NCBI GenBank assembly: GCA_024638385.1
Contig: JAHEKJ010000003.1
Span: 9,402 to 73,401 of the forward strand
Length of the DNA stretch: 64,000 bases
Reading direction: 5' to 3'
Source: Gammaproteobacteria bacterium
GTDB taxonomy: Bacteria; Pseudomonadota; Gammaproteobacteria; GCA-001735895
In this document: positions 50,020 through 58,702 of the stretch, in pieces
How positions within the stretch are numbered: position 1 is the stretch's first letter
How the letters are laid out: every line of letters starts with the position of its first letter
Program-made: the position numbers and the translations under genes
The notes under the pieces: generated by a model
Database searches by the model: none
The model's input: only the letters and a program-made list of their open reading frames with translations
What the model was told of the DNA's origin: nothing

Positions 50020-51438
50020 TCAGCCCTCTTCCGACTCGGGCCGGATCGCGAGGAACACCGGGCCGCTGCGCCGCTGCACGAGCAGCGCGACCGACTTGCC
50101 GGCCTTGAGGCTGGCGGCGACGTCCTCGAAATCCTCGACGGTTTCGATCTCGCGATTGTCGATCATCGTAATCACGTCGCCCTTGAGCACGCCGGCCTCG
50201 CTGGCCGGTCCGAACTCGGCGACTTCGGCGACCTCGACGCCATTTTCGATCTTGAGCCGCTTGCGCGCCGCGCTGCCGAGCTTTTCGACCTTCATGCCGA
50301 GCGCCGATTCCTGCGTCGGTTCGTCCGCGTCGGGCGAGTATGCGGCCTGGGTGATCGAAGTCGGCAACTGCGCGATGGTCACGCCGATTCTCCGGCGTCG
50401 CTGATCGCGGATGACGATGACCTCGGCACGCTTGCCGACCTTGGCGCGGCCGACCAGCGGCGGCAACGAACTCGAGCGCAAGACCTTTTTGCCGTTGAAC
50501 TCGACGATCACGTCACCGACCTCGAGTCCGGCAGCCGCGGCCGGGCTGTCGTCCATGACCTTGGCGACCAGCGCGCCGTGCGGGTTTTGCATGCCGAAGG
50601 ACTCGGCCAACTCGCGCGTGACTTCCTGGATCAATACGCCGAGCCAGCCACGCGAGACGGTGCCGGTTTCCTTGATCTGGTTGGCGACGTCGACCGCCAT
50701 CTCGATGGGGATCGCGAACGACAGCCCCATGAAACCGCCGGTGCGACTGTAGATCTGCGAATTGATACCGACGACTTCGCCATCGAGGTTGAACAGCGGG
50801 CCGCCCGAGTTGCCCGGGTTGATCGCGACGTCGGTCTGGATGAACGGCACGTAGTTGTCGCTCGGCAGGCTGCGCCCCTTGGCGCTGACGATACCGGCGG
50901 TCACGGTGTGGTCGAAGCCGAACGGCGAACCGATCGCGAGCACCCATTCGCCGACCTTGAGATCGTCCGAATTGCCGTATTCGAGCACCGGCAGATTTTC
51001 GGCCTCGACCTTGAGCACCGCGACATCGGAAGCCTCGTCCGACCCGATCAGGCGGGCGACATATTCCTTGCGGTTGGCCATCCGCACGATGACTTCGTCG
51101 GCGTCGCTGACGACGTGATGATTGGTCAGGATATAACCGTCCTCGGATATGACGAATCCCGATCCCAGCGATTCGGCGTCGCGGCGGCGACCGAAATCGT
51201 CGGGGTCGAAGAACTTTTCGAAGAGCTCGCCGAAAGGCGAATCTTCCGGGATATCGGGCAACTTGAAGTCGCGCTTGCTGCTGCGCTTCGCCCGCGTCTT
51301 GGTGCTGATGTTGACCACCGAATCCTTGGCGTCTTCGACGATCGACGTGAAGTCCGGCAGCGCGGCGTGCGCGGCCAGCGGCAGGTTGACGATCGCAACC
51401 AGAATAACGGCCTGGATCGCCCGGCTGAATAAATTCAT
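50020..51438 (-). CDS. mucD: Periplasmic serine endoprotease DegP/MucD (HtrA family, two PDZ domains)
   Basis: The ORF runs to 51468. ATG 51438 gives the signal peptide MNLFSRAIQAVILVAIVNLPLAAHA. Catalytic contexts TNHHVV and GNSGGPLFN. It follows rseC, matching the algU-mucABCD order. Confidence 0.92.
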   Translation of the reverse strand: MNLFSRAIQAVILVAIVNLPLAAHAALPDFTSIVEDAKDSVVNISTKTRAKRSSKRDFKLPDIPEDSPFGELFEKFFDPDDFGRRRDAESLGSGFVISEDGYILTNHHVVSDADEVIVRMANRKEYVARLIGSDEASDVAVLKVEAENLPVLEYGNSDDLKVGEWVLAIGSPFGFDHTVTAGIVSAKGRSLPSDNYVPFIQTDVAINPGNSGGPLFNLDGEVVGINSQIYSRTGGFMGLSFAIPIEMAVDVANQIKETGTVSRGWLGVLIQEVTRELAESFGMQNPHGALVAKVMDDSPAAAAGLEVGDVIVEFNGKKVLRSSSLPPLVGRAKVGKRAEVIVIRDQRRRRIGVTIAQLPTSITQAAYSPDADEPTQESALGMKVEKLGSAARKRLKIENGVEVAEVAEFGPASEAGVLKGDVITMIDNREIETVEDFEDVAASLKAGKSVALLVQRRSGPVFLAIRPESEEG

Positions 51439-51472
51439 GTGATTCAATTTCCCGATAAGATAAGTCATAGTC

Positions 51473-51931
51473 CTAAGACCCGGATCGATTTGCCGGGTTC
51501 ACCTCGATATCGACGATCTTCGGCAGCAGCACGCTGCGCGGTAGCCAGGCCGAGCGCCAGGCCGCCAACTTTACGCCGACGGCAAATCCGGTTGCGCCGA
51601 AAACGACGGCGAGCGCGTCCGACGCGCCCGGCCACAGCGCCGCGGGCAGCAGCGCCCCGCCGAGCAGACCGACGAGCGGCAAGCCGTAGACCAGCAGGCT
51701 CATCCTGACCAGCGCACGTTCGGGTACCGCCAGCACGACGCGATCGCCCGGCTGCAGGCGCCGGTCGGTGTCGATGACCAGAGATTTGCGGCGCCGCCCC
51801 AGCAGGCGGCCCAGCGCGCCGACACCACAGCCGTCGACAAGCTCGCAACCATTGCAGCTCGAATCGCGCTGCAGTTCCAGCTCTACCTGCGGACCGGCCG
51901 CCCGGAGGACGATCGCCTGTTCGGTAATCAT
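51473..51931 (-). CDS. rseC: Sigma-E regulatory protein RseC/MucC
   Basis: 152 aa. N-terminal Cys motif (CNGCELVDGC) and two C-terminal TMs. Confidence 0.85.
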   Translation of the reverse strand: MITEQAIVLRAAGPQVELELQRDSSCNGCELVDGCGVGALGRLLGRRRKSLVIDTDRRLQPGDRVVLAVPERALVRMSLLVYGLPLVGLLGGALLPAALWPGASDALAVVFGATGFAVGVKLAAWRSAWLPRSVLLPKIVDIEVNPANRSGS

Positions 51932-51981
51932 GCGTCGAATTATAGGTTCAAAGCGAGCGCGAAAGTAGGCCGGCGGCCGAT

Positions 51982-52980
51982 TTATTGGCCGCGATAGGTC
52001 ACGGCCTCGGCGACTTGCCTGACCGTGATCGCCGGCACTTCGCCGATCGCGGTGATCGAATGGTCGGCGAGCACGCGCATGTAGGCGTTGACCGCGCCCA
52101 TCGAGGTCCCGCCGCGATGCGTGCCATTGCCCTGTTTCTCGATGAAAATCGACAGCGAAGCGAGCCCGTCGGTATAGACCATTTGCTGAATGGTCTGGCC
52201 GCTGTCGGGCATCCGGCGCCTGAGCACGGATTCGCGCCAGAAACCGCGCGGCGCGCGGGTCAGCTGCCAGGCGTCGTCGGCCTCGCCGGCTTCGTCGCCG
52301 TCGCCGCGGTGGTAGCGCACGAGCGTATAGCTGTCGTCGATCTGCGGCATCGTATCGAACTTGAGATCGGCGGGGTCGTCGTAGACGGTCAGGCTGGTAA
52401 ACATGACCTGCTCGATTTCACGACCGCTCTCGTCGAGCAGGCTGGACTTCATCATCAGTCCGTTGCCGGCGTTGATCCAGAATTTCATACCGTAGCGGAA
52501 CTCGTCGCGCGGATCGATGTGCACGACCACCGTCTCGGCGCCGGCGACGCGGTCTTCGCCGAGCAGGCGCAGTTGGTAGAATTTTTCCAGCCGCGCAATG
52601 TCGTCGGGGATGAAGATCGGCGAAAAACTGTTCTTGCGCGACGAGTCGACCACGACCTTGCGGCTCGACGGCCAGATGCAGGTCAGGTTCTGATTGTCGC
52701 GGATGACCTCGCGCGCCTCGCCGTTGAGCGAAATCAGGCGTTCTTTCTCGCCGCCGGGGTCGCGGCGATGCGAGATCTGCATGCTTTCGAGCTGATTCTC
52801 GTGCATGTAGACGAACACCCCGTGGTAATTGAGGTTGCGCATCGCGTCGGACATCCGCTGCACCCAGTCCATCGCCGGATCGGCCCACGCCGGCAGGCTG
52901 ACCAGCGAGGTCAGCAACACGGTCAGGACGACCCGCCGCGGCGCTGCCGCGGAATCTGGCGCGCGACTACTGCTGCGCAT
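51982..52980 (-). CDS. rseB: Sigma-E regulatory protein RseB/MucB
   Basis: 332 aa. Signal peptide and a MucB_RseB-like sequence (NYHGVFVYMHENQLESMQISH). Overlaps the rseA stop. Confidence 0.9.
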   Translation of the reverse strand: MRSSSRAPDSAAAPRRVVLTVLLTSLVSLPAWADPAMDWVQRMSDAMRNLNYHGVFVYMHENQLESMQISHRRDPGGEKERLISLNGEAREVIRDNQNLTCIWPSSRKVVVDSSRKNSFSPIFIPDDIARLEKFYQLRLLGEDRVAGAETVVVHIDPRDEFRYGMKFWINAGNGLMMKSSLLDESGREIEQVMFTSLTVYDDPADLKFDTMPQIDDSYTLVRYHRGDGDEAGEADDAWQLTRAPRGFWRESVLRRRMPDSGQTIQQMVYTDGLASLSIFIEKQGNGTHRGGTSMGAVNAYMRVLADHSITAIGEVPAITVRQVAEAVTYRGQ

Positions 52981-53584
52981 CGAATCCGGCGACCCGGGCC
53001 TGCGGAATCAGGCCCTGCACCGAGTTTGAATACTCGGTGTGGTTGACCAGGTAGGCATTGAGCTTCTGTTGCAGGTCGGGCGCTTCCTTGTCGATCTTCC
53101 AGCGCAGGCCCAGCTGATTGATCCGGGTCGACGCCGGCACCGCGCCACCCTGCGGCGGCTGGTCGATAAGGCCTTCGATTGCGGTCGGCGGGTCGTTTGC
53201 CACCAGCGCGTCCGAGGGTGCGCCGGGCTGCTCGAGGCGCGGCTGCCACAGCGCGACCGTGACCAGCGCGACGCCGGCCGCCACGGCAAGGCCGGCAAAC
53301 GGCCGCCACCGGTCGGGACCCGTCCTCGCCGGCGCGACGCGCGGCGGCCTCGCCCGTGTCGCCCCTGCCTCGCGATCCTCGTCGCGAATACGGGCCATGA
53401 CCGTGGCGTGGAAGCCGGTATCGATCGCCGGCGGTAACTCGTGGCGCAGGGCGTCGCCGATCAGGCGATAGCGCCGCAGCCGATACTGCAAATTGACGTC
53501 GTCGATCACCGCGTCGATCGCCGCGGACGCTACGTCCGGCTCGTCGTCCAGCAGCGAAGCCAATTTCTCGTCGTCTTCTGTCAT
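52967..53584 (-). CDS. rseA: Anti-sigma-E factor RseA/MucA
   Basis: The ORF runs to 53629. I prefer ATG 53584 (MTEDDEKLASLLDDE, compare RseA ...LSALMDGE). One central TM (FAGLAVAAGVALVTVALW). Confidence 0.85.
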   Translation of the reverse strand: MTEDDEKLASLLDDEPDVASAAIDAVIDDVNLQYRLRRYRLIGDALRHELPPAIDTGFHATVMARIRDEDREAGATRARPPRVAPARTGPDRWRPFAGLAVAAGVALVTVALWQPRLEQPGAPSDALVANDPPTAIEGLIDQPPQGGAVPASTRINQLGLRWKIDKEAPDLQQKLNAYLVNHTEYSNSVQGLIPQARVAGFDAQQ

Positions 53585-53642
53585 TTTTCGATCCCGTCTC
53601 AAACCATCAATTTTATTATGGTTTTTCAAAACTGCTACTTAG

Positions 53643-54218
53643 TCACTCCAATAGCGGCCGAAGTTCCTTGTCGATCACGTCGCGCGCGCGAAAAATTCGC
53701 GAGCGCACGGTGCCGATCGGACAATCCATGACTTCGGCAATTTCTTCATAGCTCAATCCGTCGATTTCGCGCAACGTGATCGCCGACTTCAAATCTTCCG
53801 GCAGGCGTTCGATCGCGCGATATACAGTCGCCTCGATTTCCTCGGTCAACAACAGGTTTTCCGGGGTAGCGTATTCCTTGAGGCGCGATTCGCCCTCGAA
53901 ATGCTCGGCATCGTCGACGTCGACCGCGTAGGCCGGCGACTTGCGCGCGCGCGAAGCCAGGTAGTTCTTGGCCGTGTTCGCCGCGATCCGGTATAGCCAG
54001 GTGTAAAACTGGCTGTCGCCACGAAAACTTCCGATCGCGCGGTACGCCTTGATGAAAGCGTCCTGGGCAATATCCTGGCACTCCGCCTGGTCGTTGACGA
54101 AACGGCCTACCAGGTTGATCACCTTGTGCTGGTACTTCTGAACCAGTAGATCGAAGGCTCCCGTGTCTCCCGCCTGTACCCGTTTCACCAACTCTGCATC
54201 GAGCAGATCAGTCCCCAT
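53643..54218 (-). CDS. rpoE: ECF RNA polymerase sigma factor RpoE/AlgU
   Basis: 191 aa. Region 2 DIAQDAFIKAYR. Region 4 LSYEEIAEVMDCPIGTVRSRIFRAR. Confidence 0.95.
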   Translation of the reverse strand: MGTDLLDAELVKRVQAGDTGAFDLLVQKYQHKVINLVGRFVNDQAECQDIAQDAFIKAYRAIGSFRGDSQFYTWLYRIAANTAKNYLASRARKSPAYAVDVDDAEHFEGESRLKEYATPENLLLTEEIEATVYRAIERLPEDLKSAITLREIDGLSYEEIAEVMDCPIGTVRSRIFRARDVIDKELRPLLE

Positions 54219-54281
54219 TCATTACCCTGGTTTGATTGTCGATTTCGGAGATAATAATTTTTTATCTTTTGAAATCCGAGA

Positions 54282-54309
54282 TAAGGACTGATTATATTAT
54301 AAAAAGTTC
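54282..54309 (-). promoter_or_regulatory. Candidate sigma-E-type autoregulated promoter of rpoE
   Basis: On the minus strand GAACTT (54309..54304) is followed by 16 nt and then TCCTTA (54287..54282). The -10 element lies about 64 nt upstream of the rpoE ATG in an AT-rich divergent region. The -35 matches the GAACTT consensus, but the -10 is only TC-type. Confidence 0.35.
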
Positions 54310-54378
54310 TGCCGCCGACGAGGTTTTGGCGGGCGGCTAATTTCACTATACTCGGGCGGTTCGCCACGCGGAGACGGC

Positions 54379-55992
54379 ATGAGCCAGCAATTCGATTTCG
54401 ACGTCATCATCATAGGTTCCGGCGCCGCCGGCCTGAGCGCAGCGCTGCACCTGCCGACGACGCTCGACGTCGCGCTGCTGGCCAAGGCGCCGCACGAGGA
54501 GCAATCGAGCTACTGGGCCCAGGGCGGAATTTCCGCCGTACTCGAACCCGACGACAGCATCGAGCAGCATACGCGCGATACGCTCGAGGCCGGTGCCGGC
54601 CTGTGCGATCCCGCGGTCGTCGAATTCGTCGCCAGGAACGGCCGCGAATGCATCGAGTGGCTCGCCGACCTGGGCATGCCGTTCTCGCGCGATCGCCAGG
54701 AAGTCAGCCGCAGCGGGTATCACCTGACGCGCGAGGGCGGCCACAGCCGGCGCCGCGTCGTGCATGCCGCCGACGCGACCGGCAAGGCCCTGCAGCAAAC
54801 CCTCGAGGCGCATGTCGGCGAACGCGACAACGTGCGCGTTTTCGACCAGCACGTGGCGATCGACCTGATTCGCAACGAACGCCGCTGCGTCGGCCTCTAC
54901 GCGCTCAACCTGGACAAACAGCGCGTCGACGCGTTCGGCGCGCGCCAGGTCATCCTGGCCACTGGCGGCGCGAGCAAGGTTTACCTGTATACCAGCAATC
55001 CCGACGGCTCGACCGGCGACGGCATCGCGATGGCCTGGCGCGCCGGATGCCGGGTCGCCAACATGGAGTTCAACCAGTTTCATCCGACCTGCCTGTATCA
55101 TCCCGAGGCCAAATCGTTCCTGATCTCCGAGGCGGTGCGCGGCGAAGGCGGGCGGCTGCTGCTGCCGAACGGCGAACGCTTCATGCCGCGCTTCGACGAG
55201 CGCGCCGAGCTCGCGCCGCGCGACATCGTCGCGCGCGCGATCGACCACGAGATGAAACGCATCGGCAGCGATTGCGTCTATCTCGACATCAGTCACAAGA
55301 GCCGAGCCTTCATCAAGGCGCATTTTCCGACGATTTTCAAGCGCTGCCTCGAATTCGATATCGACATGACCCGCCAGCCGATCCCGGTCGTACCGGCGGC
55401 GCACTATACCTGCGGCGGCGTGGTCGTCGATCTCGACGGGCACACCGATCTCGCCAATCTCTACGCGGTCGGCGAGGTCGCCTGTACCGGCCTGCACGGC
55501 GCCAATCGCATGGCCAGCAATTCGCTGCTCGAATGTCTCGTGTTTTCGCGCGCCGCGGCGCGCAGCATCGCCGCGGAAATCGAGCTCGACGCCGCGCGAC
55601 CGCGGCTTGCGCGCTGGGACGAGTCGCAGGTCACCGACTCCGACGAGGACATCGTCGTGTCGCACAACTGGGACGAATTGCGCCGCTTCATGTGGGATTA
55701 CGTCGGCATCGTGCGCACCGACAAACGGCTCGCGCGGGCATTGCACCGCAGCGAACTGCTGAAAAGCGAGATCAACGAGTACTACGGCAACTACAAGGTA
55801 TCGGCCGACCTGCTCGAGTTGCGCAACCTGGTCGTGGTCGCCGAACTGATCATTCGCTCGGCGCTGGCCCGGCGAGAAAGCCGCGGCCTGCACTTCACGC
55901 TCGATTATCCCGAGCGCGACGATCGTTTTCTGGCGCCGACCCTGCTCGATCCGCGCGACCGGGTCGAACCGGCAAAACTGGTCTCGATTTAA
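54379..55992 (+). CDS. nadB: L-aspartate oxidase
   Basis: 537 aa. FAD-binding N-terminus [17 protein letters not shown]. Divergent from rpoE, as in Pseudomonas. Confidence 0.95.
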   Translation: MSQQFDFDVIIIGSGAAGLSAALHLPTTLDVALLAKAPHEEQSSYWAQGGISAVLEPDDSIEQHTRDTLEAGAGLCDPAVVEFVARNGRECIEWLADLGMPFSRDRQEVSRSGYHLTREGGHSRRRVVHAADATGKALQQTLEAHVGERDNVRVFDQHVAIDLIRNERRCVGLYALNLDKQRVDAFGARQVILATGGASKVYLYTSNPDGSTGDGIAMAWRAGCRVANMEFNQFHPTCLYHPEAKSFLISEAVRGEGGRLLLPNGERFMPRFDERAELAPRDIVARAIDHEMKRIGSDCVYLDISHKSRAFIKAHFPTIFKRCLEFDIDMTRQPIPVVPAAHYTCGGVVVDLDGHTDLANLYAVGEVACTGLHGANRMASNSLLECLVFSRAAARSIAAEIELDAARPRLARWDESQVTDSDEDIVVSHNWDELRRFMWDYVGIVRTDKRLARALHRSELLKSEINEYYGNYKVSADLLELRNLVVVAELIIRSALARRESRGLHFTLDYPERDDRFLAPTLLDPRDRVEPAKLVSI

Positions 55993-56000
55993 GTTCGCCG

Positions 56001-56423
56001 ATGCTGGTCCAGGAAACGATCACGGTCGCGACCGACGGCCGCGCGACGCTCGAGATAACCGCCGAGATCGACGCGCTGGTGCGCGCCGCGGGCATCACCC
56101 GCGGTCTTTGCCACCTGTTCATACACCACACCAGCGCGTCGCTGATCGTCACCGAAAACGCCGATGCCGACGTGCGCCACGATCTCGAGCACTTCCTCGC
56201 CAGGCTGGTGCGGGACGGCGATCCGGCCTACCGGCACGACCAGGAAGGCGACGACGACATGGCCGCGCACATCCGCTCGGTCCTGACCCAGACCGATATC
56301 ACGCTGCCGGTTCGCGACGGCCGCCTCGCGCTCGGCACCTGGCAAGGCCTGTACCTGTGGGAACACCGATACCGGCCGCACCGGCGCCGGTTGACCGTTA
56401 CCCTGCAGGGTCTCGATACCTGA
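56001..56423 (+). CDS. yjbQ: YjbQ/UPF0047 family protein (secondary thiamine-phosphate synthase-like)
   Basis: This is the last 140 codons of the artefactual ORF 54603..56423, from ATG 56001. LCHLFIHHTSASLIVTENADADVRHDLE and GTWQGLYLWEHR motifs. Confidence 0.8.
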   Translation: MLVQETITVATDGRATLEITAEIDALVRAAGITRGLCHLFIHHTSASLIVTENADADVRHDLEHFLARLVRDGDPAYRHDQEGDDDMAAHIRSVLTQTDITLPVRDGRLALGTWQGLYLWEHRYRPHRRRLTVTLQGLDT

Positions 56424-56503
56424 GATTTGATCGCCGCGTATTGCCATTGCCGGGTAAAACCGGAGAATGGCGGTCGGGAATTCAAACAAACTCGGGGATT
56501 CGC

Positions 56504-57142
56504 ATGAAAATCATTCTGTTGGGACCGCCCGGCGCGGGCAAGGGCACAATCGCCAAAGCCTTGATGGATTATGACGGCTCGGTGCAGATTTCGACCGGCG
56601 ACATCCTGCGCGCCGCGGTCGCGGCCGGCACCGAGCTCGGCAAGCAGGCCGAGGCCGCGATGAAGGCCGGCGATCTCGTCTCCGACGAATTGATCATGGG
56701 GATCATGGGCGAACGCCTGCAGCAAGAGGACTGCCAGCGCGGCTACCTGCTCGACGGATTCCCGCGCACCCTGCCCCAGGCGCGCGCGCTCAAATCGCTG
56801 CTCGACGAACTCGGCGAAAAACTCGACTGCGCGCTCGAGCTCGACATTCCGCGCGAAGTCATCATCGACCGCCTGACCACGCGCCGTACCTGCAGCAACT
56901 GCGGCGAGATCTACAACGTCAAGACGCGACCGCCCAAAGTCGAGGGGGTTTGCGACGTCTGCGGCGGCCCGGTGCTGCAGCGCGACGACGAGACCGAGGA
57001 AGCGATCGAAAACCGGCTGCAGGTCTACCAGCAGCAAACCGCGCCGCTGGTCGACTTTTACCGCGACGAGGGCTTGCTCGTCAGCGTGCCGTCATCCGAC
57101 CTCGAACCGGTCATGGCCGCGCTCAAGCCCCGCATCGGCTAA
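56504..57142 (+). CDS. adk: Adenylate kinase
   Basis: 212 aa from ATG 56504. P-loop MKIILLGPPGAGKGT. Zinc-lid cysteines CSNCGEIYN...CDVCGG. Confidence 0.95.
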   Translation: MKIILLGPPGAGKGTIAKALMDYDGSVQISTGDILRAAVAAGTELGKQAEAAMKAGDLVSDELIMGIMGERLQQEDCQRGYLLDGFPRTLPQARALKSLLDELGEKLDCALELDIPREVIIDRLTTRRTCSNCGEIYNVKTRPPKVEGVCDVCGGPVLQRDDETEEAIENRLQVYQQQTAPLVDFYRDEGLLVSVPSSDLEPVMAALKPRIG

Positions 57143-57182
57143 CCCCGGGTTGCAAATCGCCGGGTATCGCCCCTGCACCTTC

Positions 57183-57406
57183 GGGGACATGTTCCGAGTT
57201 CCCGCGGATTCGAATCCCCGGGCGATAAAATCGGCGCCCTGGCTTTCCGCCAGGCCATCGACGATATCGGTGGCGGTTCCCTTGAATGCTCACGCAGCCG
57301 TTCAACAACGGGGACATGTTCCGAATTCCGGCAACACTCGACCCGGCCTCCGTAAGTCACGATTTGGACCAGGCCTCGGAAGCGGGGGAATTCGGTACGT
57401 GTCCCC
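57183..57406. repeat. Three copies of a 20-nt motif GGGGACATGTTCCGARTTCC (two direct, one inverted)
   Basis: Copy 1 is 57183..57202 (+) and copy 2 is 57310..57329 (+); they differ at one position. Copy 3 is 57387..57406, inverted (GGAATTCGGTACGTGTCCCC). Copies 2 and 3 can pair over 20 positions with one G-T and one mismatch. A 12-nt perfect palindrome GGATTCGAATCC sits at 57206..57217. Confidence 0.85.
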
Positions 57407-57441
57407 TCGCGGCCTCCGACACGAATCTTGCCTTGTTGGCG

Positions 57442-57648
57442 TTACCGCACTTCCAGATAAATAATCACCCCCGCCGCAATCACCATCACTAACATGAACG
57501 CAAACGCGGCATGCAGCAGCAACCGCTTGCGACGCTCGACCGCCGGATTCGGAATCTCGCGCAGTTGCGAGCGACCGGCGGCGCGATTCGCGAGCACCCA
57601 CATGCACACCACGATGACGGCGAGCGTAATCAGGATCTTGCTGAACAT
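57442..57648 (-). CDS. Small two-TM membrane protein (DUF2909-like, hypothetical)
   Basis: 68 codons from ATG 57648, 1 nt downstream of the ABC ATPase stop. MFSKILITLAVIVVCMWVLA, then a basic loop, then LLLHAAFAFMLVMVIAAGVIIYL. Confidence 0.45.
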   Translation of the reverse strand: MFSKILITLAVIVVCMWVLANRAAGRSQLREIPNPAVERRKRLLLHAAFAFMLVMVIAAGVIIYLEVR

Positions 57649-57649
57649 T

Positions 57650-58702
57650 TCAGGCCTCGCTGCGGGCAAAGGTGACGAGATGATCGACATCGAGCCGGAT
57701 GCCGATACGCTCGTTGATTTTATGGTTGTGATGGCTCGGCGCAAGACACATGACTTCGACGCCGCTGTCCATGCGCAGAAAGTACAGAAAGTCGGCGCCG
57801 CGAAAAGCCTTTTCGACGACGATCGCCGAGTCGCTCGATGCGTCGTCGTGCAGCACGTCATCGGGCCGGATCAGTACATCGACGAGCGCGCCCGGTTCGG
57901 CGGCCAGCGGCTCGCTGCCACGAATCAGGCCGAGATCGGTGCGCACCGCGGTCGCGTCTTCGACGGTCGCCGGGATGATGACGCCCTGGCCGACGAAATC
58001 GGCGACGAAGCGATTGACCGGCCGGTGATACAGGTCGTAGCCAGTGCCCTGCTGCTCGATGCGACCCTCGCGCATGACCGAGATCGTATCCGCCATCGCG
58101 AAGGCCTCGTGCTGGTCGTGGGTAACGAGGATCGCGGTCGTGTTTTCCTGCTTGAGAATGTTGCGCACCTCGCGCGCCAGCTGCTCGCGCAACTCGACGT
58201 CCATGCTCGAGAACGGCTCGTCGAGCAACAAAATATCCGGCCGCGGCGCCAGCGCGCGGGCCAGCGCAACCCGCTGCTGCTGCCCGCCCGAGAGCTGGTG
58301 CGGATAGGCCCGGGCGAAGGCCGGCATGCCGACGATCGCGAGCATCTCCTGCACCCGGGCTTGGCGCGAGCGCTCGCGCCAGCCGCGCAGGCCGAAGCGA
58401 ACATTGTCGTCGACCCGCAGATGCGGAAACAGCGCGAAGTCCTGGAAGACCATGCCGACGTTGCGGCGTTCGGGCGGCAGGCAGACGCGGCGCGAGCTGA
58501 CCTCGACGCCGTCGATCAGGATGCGCCCGTTCCAGACCGCCTCGAAGCCGGCGATCGCGCGCAGGACCGTGGTCTTGCCGCATCCGCTCGGCCCGAGCAT
58601 GCAACCGATCTGCCCGGGTTCGAGCGCGAAGCTGACGCGATCGAGGACCTGTAAATCGGCGTAACCGACATCCACCGCATCGACATCGAGCCTGGCGGTC
58701 AC
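57650..58702 (-). CDS. ABC transporter ATP-binding protein, Fe(3+)/polyamine (FbpC/PotA) type
   Basis: 350 aa. Walker A GPSGCGKTT, signature LSGGQQQRVALARAL, Walker B ILLLDEPFS, C-terminal TOBE-like domain. Confidence 0.9.
   Translation of the reverse strand: MTARLDVDAVDVGYADLQVLDRVSFALEPGQIGCMLGPSGCGKTTVLRAIAGFEAVWNGRILIDGVEVSSRRVCLPPERRNVGMVFQDFALFPHLRVDDNVRFGLRGWRERSRQARVQEMLAIVGMPAFARAYPHQLSGGQQQRVALARALAPRPDILLLDEPFSSMDVELREQLAREVRNILKQENTTAILVTHDQHEAFAMADTISVMREGRIEQQGTGYDLYHRPVNRFVADFVGQGVIIPATVEDATAVRTDLGLIRGSEPLAAEPGALVDVLIRPDDVLHDDASSDSAIVVEKAFRGADFLYFLRMDSGVEVMCLAPSHHNHKINERIGIRLDVDHLVTFARSEA

Noticed and set aside
57200-57225. tRNA-like T-arm sequence GGATTCGAATCC after adk. It could be a tRNA, or a tRNA fragment marking an att site.
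   Set aside because: I could not build an acceptor stem, anticodon arm or D arm around it. It is a self-complementary palindrome and does not match the 3' end of the tRNA-Arg in this window.
57143-57441. Possible Rsm-type (GacS/GacA-controlled) sRNA, because several GGA triplets occur in the repeat-rich intergenic region.
   Set aside because: I counted about six GGA on the plus strand in ~300 nt. That is roughly what base composition predicts. They are not obviously placed in hairpin loops, and no GacA-box-like upstream palindrome is present.
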